DNA from: Patescibacteria group bacterium
GTDB taxonomy: Bacteria > Patescibacteriota > Microgenomatia > Levybacterales > UBA12049
Length of the DNA stretch: 62,051 nucleotides
Direction: 5' to 3'
NCBI GenBank assembly: GCA_035946335.1
Contig: DASYZL010000001.1
Location: 1 to 62,051, forward strand
The notes under the pieces are model-generated. The model was not told the DNA's origin and made no database searches. It saw only the letters and a list, made by a program, of their open reading frames with translations. Positions 55,939 to 62,051 of this stretch are shown piece after piece (positions within the stretch are counted from its first letter, which is position 1; every line of letters begins with the position of its first letter). The position numbers and the translations under genes are program-made.

Positions 55939-56664
55939 TTATGCTTTCCAGGGACGCGTCGTGAGAAGACGGTACATAACCCTGATATCTCCAAGGATCG
56001 TTGAGTACAGTCTGACTGTTGAACCCGGATTGTCAACCCAGTGTACCGGCTCTTCATAGATTTTGTACCCCATTTTTTCCCCAACTATTAACAGTTCCCC
56101 ATCAAAAAACCAGCCGTTATCAAGTATTTTGGGAATTAAGGTATCGACTGTATGTCTAGTTACCCCTTTAAAACCACATTGCGCGTCGGTAAAATGCGTT
56201 TGGAAAAATAGTTGAATAAAAAAGAAATTCATAGTCCGTGATATAAATTCGCGAAGCATGGACCTTCCCTCAACTTTTGATTCTTTTTTTAACCTTGAAC
56301 CTATTGCAATGTCATACCCGTCTTGCAATTTTTCCAAAAGGTGTGGTAAATGCTGTAAATCAGTTGATAAATCAAGATCCATATAGACACAAAAATCGGC
56401 GTTAGAATCACTCCAGACACGTTTCACTGCTCTTCCCCGTCCTTTAATTTCAAGGCGAAACAGGGAAACATTCGGATACTTTCGAGCAAGGGTTGAGGCT
56501 ATTATCGGCGTATTGTCATCTGATGCGTTATCAGCAATGGTAATATGCCAGTCATACGCTTTCAGATGTTCAGAACAATAATCAGCAAGTATGGTAATGT
56601 GTTTTTCCAGCTCTTTTTCTTCATTATACACAGGAACGGTAATTTCAACTGTTTTCTTCGTCAT
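55939..56664 (-). CDS. GT2 glycosyltransferase, polyprenyl-phosphate sugar synthase-like
   Basis: 'VEITVPVYNEEKELEKHI...ITIADNASDDNT...GRGRAVKRVW...VYMDLDLSTDL...DAQCGFKG'. Confidence 0.7.
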   Translation of the reverse strand: MTKKTVEITVPVYNEEKELEKHITILADYCSEHLKAYDWHITIADNASDDNTPIIASTLARKYPNVSLFRLEIKGRGRAVKRVWSDSNADFCVYMDLDLSTDLQHLPHLLEKLQDGYDIAIGSRLKKESKVEGRSMLREFISRTMNFFFIQLFFQTHFTDAQCGFKGVTRHTVDTLIPKILDNGWFFDGELLIVGEKMGYKIYEEPVHWVDNPGSTVRLYSTILGDIRVMYRLLTTRPWKA

Positions 56665-58291
56665 AGTATATTATACCAAGGAACAGGAAAACGATGCCAG
56701 CAAGAGAAAGCGTGTCACCTGTTTTTTCAAGATTCGTTTGCTGAAATTCAAGACGAATCGTGTGGTTGCCACTAGGAATACGGGCAGACATACCATTTTT
56801 AACCTGTTGGAGAAAAATTTCAGTACTGCCGCTATACAGATGCCAGGCAGGAAAATATGTGAGATTGACATGCATTGTCTGAGGAGTAGTAAAATGGGTT
56901 ATGAATACTTTCTCCTGCGTTTTATCTAAAATAACCGTAACCTGCTTTGCAGTGATAAAACCTTGCGGAACGTTTTTAATGGTTTTTGGTTTGGAAAACG
57001 TTTTGGGCATATATTCATCAGATATCTTTGACGCGGTAAAACGAAGCATGGAAGAAGTTGTGTAGTACGAAGACGGATACGATGTGTAATACTCCGGGAT
57101 AAAAAATTTTGTTTGCAACAAGAGAACGGAAAGAACAAGCGGAGCGGTATACAACGGGATGAGAAGATGCTTTTGAGGGATAGGTATATTGTGTAAAAAT
57201 ACCATACAGCTTCCTGCAAGAAGAGAGGTAAAAAAGGAACTGAGAATAAGAAACCGCCACGGGTATTGAAAGTATGCCATAAGTTTTATTGCGTTCCAGA
57301 TAACCAGAGCATACTGGGTTTGGATAAAAAGTGAAAAGAGAAAGCCGAAAAAAAGAACAAAAACAAGAAGCGAAACTGCTTTATTTTTTCTAAAAAATAA
57401 CACTGCCAACAGAAGCGCTACAAAGGAAAAGATAATATGTAACTTTCCAACCATAAATGACAACCCATCGTTACACCCTGGCACTGATCCGCCATATTCC
57501 CATGGCGAATACCAGAATTGCATTGGGCAAACAAAATTGTTGTGAAAGTCAGCTCCACCAGTAATTTGCGATAACACATTTGTATAGACACTTTCTGTTA
57601 GTGCCGGTAACCAATAGAACGAAGCAATAAACAATCCCAAAAGAAAAGTAACAAAACCACTCCATGTTTTTTTTGCAACAACTCCCCATATGGCAAGAAG
57701 CAAAAGAAGCGGGGAAACCATTAGCGCTGATAAATTGTGTGAACAAATAAGCAGAGCAAATGAGATTGCGCCAGTAACAAGGTATTGCCATTTTTTTTCC
57801 TGGATAAATGCAATGAATCCAAAAATAGCCAATGGCAGCAATCCATACGCATACAATTCTCCAATATCTCCTCTGACAAATATATCCACTGCATGATATG
57901 TTGCATAAGTATAAAAAACTGCTGCCAGCATACCCCCATATATTCCCCACAAATATTTTCCCAAAACATATATCCCGATACCTGATAAAAGTATGCCAAT
58001 ACCGATCATCATTTTTGTTGCAACTAAAGCAGAAAATCCGGATAACAGAAACAATGCACCAATATAATACGCAAAGGGACCATAAAAATTAAAAATAGGA
58101 TACCCGTACCCGTATCCCAAGTCCCTCACCCATCTGACTGGAAACATGCCGTCTTTGAGTGATTGAGTCATTTCATAGACACGTTGCACTTGTACATTAT
58201 CATGCACGGGAAAAAAGCCGGGGTAAAACAGTGGCTTCACTGCAAAAAAAGAAAGCAAGAGAATAATGATAAACGGAACGAGTTTTTTCAT
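56645..58291 (-). CDS. polytopic membrane protein, GT-C-like, family C
   Basis: 'FPVHDNVQVQRVYEMTQSLKDGMFPVRWVRDLGYGYGYPIFNFYGPFAYYIGALF' is paralogous to 58296..59945. The C-terminus is a beta-rich soluble domain. Confidence 0.5.
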   Translation of the reverse strand: MKKLVPFIIILLLSFFAVKPLFYPGFFPVHDNVQVQRVYEMTQSLKDGMFPVRWVRDLGYGYGYPIFNFYGPFAYYIGALFLLSGFSALVATKMMIGIGILLSGIGIYVLGKYLWGIYGGMLAAVFYTYATYHAVDIFVRGDIGELYAYGLLPLAIFGFIAFIQEKKWQYLVTGAISFALLICSHNLSALMVSPLLLLLAIWGVVAKKTWSGFVTFLLGLFIASFYWLPALTESVYTNVLSQITGGADFHNNFVCPMQFWYSPWEYGGSVPGCNDGLSFMVGKLHIIFSFVALLLAVLFFRKNKAVSLLVFVLFFGFLFSLFIQTQYALVIWNAIKLMAYFQYPWRFLILSSFFTSLLAGSCMVFLHNIPIPQKHLLIPLYTAPLVLSVLLLQTKFFIPEYYTSYPSSYYTTSSMLRFTASKISDEYMPKTFSKPKTIKNVPQGFITAKQVTVILDKTQEKVFITHFTTPQTMHVNLTYFPAWHLYSGSTEIFLQQVKNGMSARIPSGNHTIRLEFQQTNLEKTGDTLSLAGIVFLFLGIIYYDEENS

Positions 58292-58295
58292 AGCA

Positions 58296-59945
58296 TCATG
58301 TTTGAAACTGCTTCATAGCGCTAAAGAAAAATAGTCCAATTACTATGCAGATACCAATCAAACTGATGATATCCGCACTGAGACGAAGTGGTGTTTCACG
58401 AAACACGCCTTTTATCACGTGCTGACCCCTGGGAACCTGTATGTACATGACTCCCTGTGGGTTGGCATAGGAGATGCCTACCGGGGTTGCATCGACAAAA
58501 AATTTCCAGCCGGGATAATAAATGGTATTAATCTTCACGGATTCATTTTTAGGAAGATTGAGTGAAAAAGCTATTTCTCTAGAATTCCAAAAATGATTCG
58601 TAACGCTACCCTCTTGTACGACAACTTTTTGTAAGGGACTTTGTAAGGGCAACTGTTTTACCCAAACAGGGGTATATTCTGATGAAGATGTCGTTGTCGC
58701 CTGGTTGGTAAGATACCAGTTATCTGGTTGAAAGATATATGTTTCCGGTTTTGCGTAAGAGAATACAACTATCCCCTGAAAAATAACAACTAAAACCAGC
58801 ATGGCAGTCATGATTTCCGTATGTTTTCCAATAGCATACCCACCTAAAAGAGAAAGCACAAAACCTATGGGACCTAAAAATGTCCACGGGTAATCAATAA
58901 TGGAAAACAGCGGCATATGCTGCCACAGGAAATTACTCCATGAGAACAGCATCGATATCATGAGAAAAACAAGAACAATAAAAAAGACAGCCAATAACAA
59001 TCGGAATACATCTTTTTCTTTTGTGATAAAACTTTTCCCTGCCAATACAAGTGCCAAAAGGAATCCGAACAGCTGCGCAAAACCAATTTGATAGGTAAAC
59101 CCATTTTGCGAACCCGGATTGCCATAGTTCCATGAAGAAAAAAGCAGTTGTGGTAGTGAAACAAAATTGATACTCCTGTTCGCTATAGAGATTTTTGAAA
59201 GCAGAATAAGATTTTTTTCCAACAAAGCTGGAATCCAGAAAAACGCGGCGAGAAAAAGACCGAGAAAAAATGAAACAAGAAGCGGAATGAAGGCTTGTCT
59301 GTTTTGTACAAAACAGACGATACCAATACCAAGTAGAACAGGAAGAAACAGTAATGCCATGATGTTGTGACTGGTTATGAGAATGGCAAATGCCAAACCG
59401 CCAATACCTATCCACAGGTTTTTTTGTTTTTCGAATGCGATATTCCGTATTGCAAGCACAAGGAGCGGAAAACAAACGAAGGCAAATGATTCACCAATCG
59501 AACCTCGTACGTACAAATCAACCATCCGGTATGGCAGGTAGATGTATAAAAGGGCACTGACAACTCCTCCCAGTTTATTTTTCCACAAGGCACATGAGGC
59601 GAAATACATAAAAACTGCCGACAAAGGGACAGTGAGACCAAACAATATTTTTATCGTAGTAACAAAAGGGATTTTTGCAAGATGAAACAGGATACCAAAG
59701 TAATAGGGAAACGGATACGCAAAGTTAAACAATGGGTATCCATAACCAAAATCCAGATTCCCGCTATAACGCGCAGGAAACTGATGATCACGAAGTTCCC
59801 GGAACATGTCTCCCAGTCGCACAACTGCCCATAAGCCGTCATGTGTTAAGAAATAACCGGAGTGGATATACGGCAAAATGAGTGGCATGCTGACAAGCAC
59901 GAGAAAAAGAACAACTACCATATGCAATACACTATTTTGTCTCAT
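58296..59945 (-). CDS. polytopic membrane protein, GT-C-like, family C
   Basis: 'LTHDGLWAVVRLGDMFRELRDHQFPARYSGNLDFGYGYPLFNFAYPFPYYFGILF'. The ORF-track N-terminus (to 60083) overlaps the upstream gene by 150 nt and is Arg-rich, so I call Met47 at 59945. Met55 at 59921 is also possible. Confidence 0.5.
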   Translation of the reverse strand: MRQNSVLHMVVVLFLVLVSMPLILPYIHSGYFLTHDGLWAVVRLGDMFRELRDHQFPARYSGNLDFGYGYPLFNFAYPFPYYFGILFHLAKIPFVTTIKILFGLTVPLSAVFMYFASCALWKNKLGGVVSALLYIYLPYRMVDLYVRGSIGESFAFVCFPLLVLAIRNIAFEKQKNLWIGIGGLAFAILITSHNIMALLFLPVLLGIGIVCFVQNRQAFIPLLVSFFLGLFLAAFFWIPALLEKNLILLSKISIANRSINFVSLPQLLFSSWNYGNPGSQNGFTYQIGFAQLFGFLLALVLAGKSFITKEKDVFRLLLAVFFIVLVFLMISMLFSWSNFLWQHMPLFSIIDYPWTFLGPIGFVLSLLGGYAIGKHTEIMTAMLVLVVIFQGIVVFSYAKPETYIFQPDNWYLTNQATTTSSSEYTPVWVKQLPLQSPLQKVVVQEGSVTNHFWNSREIAFSLNLPKNESVKINTIYYPGWKFFVDATPVGISYANPQGVMYIQVPRGQHVIKGVFRETPLRLSADIISLIGICIVIGLFFFSAMKQFQT

Positions 59946-61602
59946 ATACCTTATACGCAATATCTGTAACCGGATACTGCGCATACATTGTACTAAGCGG
60001 CAAGACAATATGTCTTTGCGGATACGGAAACGTTGCGAGGAGGTGAATATTCGACGGGGCAGTTGCTGTGCCCTTGACAACAAGAAGTGTACGTTTCATG
60101 GTACTCACCTTTGACCAGTCAATAGGCGCAAAAGCATATTTACCAACCTGTTGCAAATGAATAAAGAGTGAATCCGGCTCATGGCGAGCTGTAGCAAGAA
60201 AGTTTTTTGCAGGATATTGCTGGTAAAAAAGGAGTGACGTATAAATAAAATCGGCATCAGTTGCAATAACAATATGCTGATATGTTCCTTCCCTGCTTTT
60301 GAGAAATAAGGCGAGCGGTTTATCTTCAGCCCGATACGTTTGTGCTGAAAGTGCTGGAAATTGCTGGGTATACGAAGCAGCAAAATAGACGAGCGAATAA
60401 CCAATGAGAAGAAAACATACCGTAAACAACATGTTTCGAATAACGGTTGGTTGTTTTTGTATCCAGGAAAATATACATAACAAGCCTGCAGCGGAAAAAA
60501 CAGTAAGTGGAATAATCGCGACAAAATCTCTCGTTGCATGAGGCGTTTCAGCGCTCAGAGAAACGATACATAAAACAATAAGAAACCATCCAGTAAATAC
60601 CCGAAGACGTTTATCAGTAAACGCAAGAAAGCATCCTGCAGCAATTGCTATGGCTTCAAACGGGTAAAACATGCCGACGTTACCAACGCTTACTGAAAAG
60701 GTACTTCCCTGCAGGAAGAAAAAACCAGGCGAGAAAAACCCGATGAGATTTCCCAAATAAACCCAAACCCACAATACAATGTTATTGAAAAAGAGTTTGG
60801 TAATAAGATTCGGGAGAGATACAAGATAGCTTCGAAACATAAGGATATTCGCCTGTGATTGTCCACCAAAAATCAAAACATTTTTCTGCATAGTGAATCC
60901 TGAAGAGGAAAAAAGCGTCATGACAAACGGGGAGAGTATGATAAAGAATAGTACTACAGAAAATACTTTCCAGAATAAAGGGGTATTATGTATTTCTTTC
61001 CACTTAAGAGAGATCAGAAAACACAGCATAACCGGCGCGACAAATCTTGCTACATTATAGGAATACAAAGATAGACCAAATGAAAGAAGCGAAAGGGTAA
61101 GGAGTAATAATTTTTTTTTATCTATTCCCATCAAAAATAACAAAACACCCAGCGTTAAGAAAAAATTTGCAATATTTACTTCCAATGCAATACGAGAGAA
61201 AAAAAGCTGCCAGGGATTTACCGTAAGCAGTGCAGCCGTAGTAAAGCTTAACCATTTATTACGAGCAATATATGCAACAAGAAAAAAAGCTATAACAATG
61301 GTACATGAACCAAGCAAGGCAGACCAGAAACGTACGGCAAAGGCAGTAAAACCAAACAGTTTTTCTGAAAAGGATGTCAAGTAGATATATACCGGTAGCT
61401 TGTAGTCTCCAAAGGATTTGAAATACAATGGCAGGAAATGCCCATATTCATCTCTACCTGTTTGCAAAATAAGAGATGCATTATAGCCAATTGCTGTTTC
61501 GTCCTGATTGAGGCCCATTGGTAAATCCGAAAAATGATAAAAACGCAGAAAAAAAGCAACGCAAAATGTTGCAATAACGAAGAATAAATACAAATTTTTC
61601 AT
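59932..61602 (-). CDS. GT39/PMT-like membrane glycosyltransferase, family A copy 8
   Basis: 'LNQDETAIGYNASLILQTGRDEYGHFLPLYFKSFGDYKLPVYIYLTSFSEKLFGFTAFAVRFWSALLG'. The start is moved to Met35 (MKNLYLFFV), 17 nt after the upstream stop. Confidence 0.7.
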   Translation of the reverse strand: MKNLYLFFVIATFCVAFFLRFYHFSDLPMGLNQDETAIGYNASLILQTGRDEYGHFLPLYFKSFGDYKLPVYIYLTSFSEKLFGFTAFAVRFWSALLGSCTIVIAFFLVAYIARNKWLSFTTAALLTVNPWQLFFSRIALEVNIANFFLTLGVLLFLMGIDKKKLLLLTLSLLSFGLSLYSYNVARFVAPVMLCFLISLKWKEIHNTPLFWKVFSVVLFFIILSPFVMTLFSSSGFTMQKNVLIFGGQSQANILMFRSYLVSLPNLITKLFFNNIVLWVWVYLGNLIGFFSPGFFFLQGSTFSVSVGNVGMFYPFEAIAIAAGCFLAFTDKRLRVFTGWFLIVLCIVSLSAETPHATRDFVAIIPLTVFSAAGLLCIFSWIQKQPTVIRNMLFTVCFLLIGYSLVYFAASYTQQFPALSAQTYRAEDKPLALFLKSREGTYQHIVIATDADFIYTSLLFYQQYPAKNFLATARHEPDSLFIHLQQVGKYAFAPIDWSKVSTMKRTLLVVKGTATAPSNIHLLATFPYPQRHIVLPLSTMYAQYPVTDIAYKVYETK

Positions 61603-61619
61603 GCAATCCGGATGACACT

Positions 61620-62051
61620 CTACTCTCCCGGTATAACTTGATATACCGTTAAGTACATAGTGCCAATACCGCGTTGATACGAGACGATTTTTTTGAGTGG
61701 CCAATTCGATGGCGCTTCATCGGTATTACTGCACGAAGGACACGGTTCATAAAATACAAAGTATGTTGGCATTGCGATGCTCGTTTTTGCGACATCTTTC
61801 GGTAACATATCATTAATGGGCCAATACCCTTTTATCGTCACATTTGTGTTATTCACCAGGTACATTTCAACTGCTTCAGGCAGTAAACCGTAGGTTCCTT
61901 CTGTCGCGATAAAAATTTTATGTGTTTGTGCCTGTTTGGCAAAAAATGCATTCGCTTCTTTGATTCCTCCCCCTGATGGCCAGCTATTGATAAACTGCAC
62001 CAGATCTGACTGTGGAATCGGTGCGTGAGCAAAATCAAAAAGAATAAAACG
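61620..62051 (-). CDS. 3' end of a gene running off the window, probably the C-terminal soluble domain of another envelope or GT-C protein
   Basis: The ORF-track start at 62000 is a GTG. I translated 62001..62051 in the same frame (RFILFDFAHAPIPQSDL) and found no stop, so the reading frame is open to the window edge. Confidence 0.5.
   Translation of the reverse strand, partial: RFILFDFAHAPIPQSDLVQFINSWPSGGGIKEANAFFAKQAQTHKIFIATEGTYGLLPEAVEMYLVNNTNVTIKGYWPINDMLPKDVAKTSIAMPTYFVFYEPCPSCSNTDEAPSNWPLKKIVSYQRGIGTMYLTVYQVIPGE

Noticed and set aside
59946-60083. Long N-terminal extensions in the ORF track: 58296..60083, 59932..61704, 35799..38150, 20755..22458, 19152..20768 and 27288..28955.
   Set aside because: The extensions overlap the upstream gene by up to 150 nt and are Arg/Ser-rich and non-hydrophobic. 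An internal Met directly precedes the first TM helix and restores the -14 to +17 nt junctions typical of this locus, so I trimmed the starts.
1-62051. Alternative genetic code (UGA read as sense, as in some candidate-phyla lineages).
   Set aside because: The standard code already gives long uninterrupted ORFs. TGA also acts as a genuine stop, for example the ATGA junction at 38060..38063.
1-62051. CRISPR arrays, tRNA or rRNA genes, transposases or integrases.
   Set aside because: I saw no regularly spaced direct repeats, no cloverleaf-compatible sequence in the few intergenic gaps (the largest being 51277..51781), and no ORF with DDE or tyrosine/serine recombinase motifs. A tRNAscan or Infernal run would be needed to exclude small RNAs formally.

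Overview
AT-rich, very gene-dense bacterial window. I call 46 CDS, 43 of them on the minus strand, and I saw no rRNA, tRNA, CRISPR array or transposase. Most of the window is one large cell-envelope glycosylation island. It holds 19 complete and 1 partial polytopic membrane proteins that look like GT-C-fold, lipid-linked-sugar-dependent glycosyltransferases, and these occupy roughly half the bases. They fall into at least four paralogue families, including seven GT39/PMT-like copies in an unbroken head-to-tail array at 19152-30630 and an eighth at 59932-61602. Also present are 13 cytoplasmic GT2/GT4 glycosyltransferases, three of them polyprenyl-phosphate sugar synthase-like. The rest are two Wzx-type flippases, a three-gene GDP-heptose-type sugar-activation set (GmhA, HddA-like and HddC-like, with no GmhB), GalE and an SDR. 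One GT-C protein (39142-41214) carries a C-terminal region that reads like the non-catalytic N-terminal half of a class B penicillin-binding protein, with no transpeptidase domain. The island is interrupted at 42310-52600 by a four-gene Ser/Thr signalling operon. This operon encodes a kinase with about 16 TPRs, an orphan acidic 540-aa protein, a 1297-aa receptor-like PP2C phosphatase with a Pro/Thr-rich linker, and a small protein. It is followed by a 505-bp repeat- and palindrome-rich non-coding region and a replication-relaxation-like gene. Genes are packed with ATGA-type overlaps, and canonical Shine-Dalgarno motifs are mostly absent. Gene content suggests a Patescibacteria/CPR-like organism, which is a low-confidence inference. 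All functional calls come from motif reading by eye; no searches were run.
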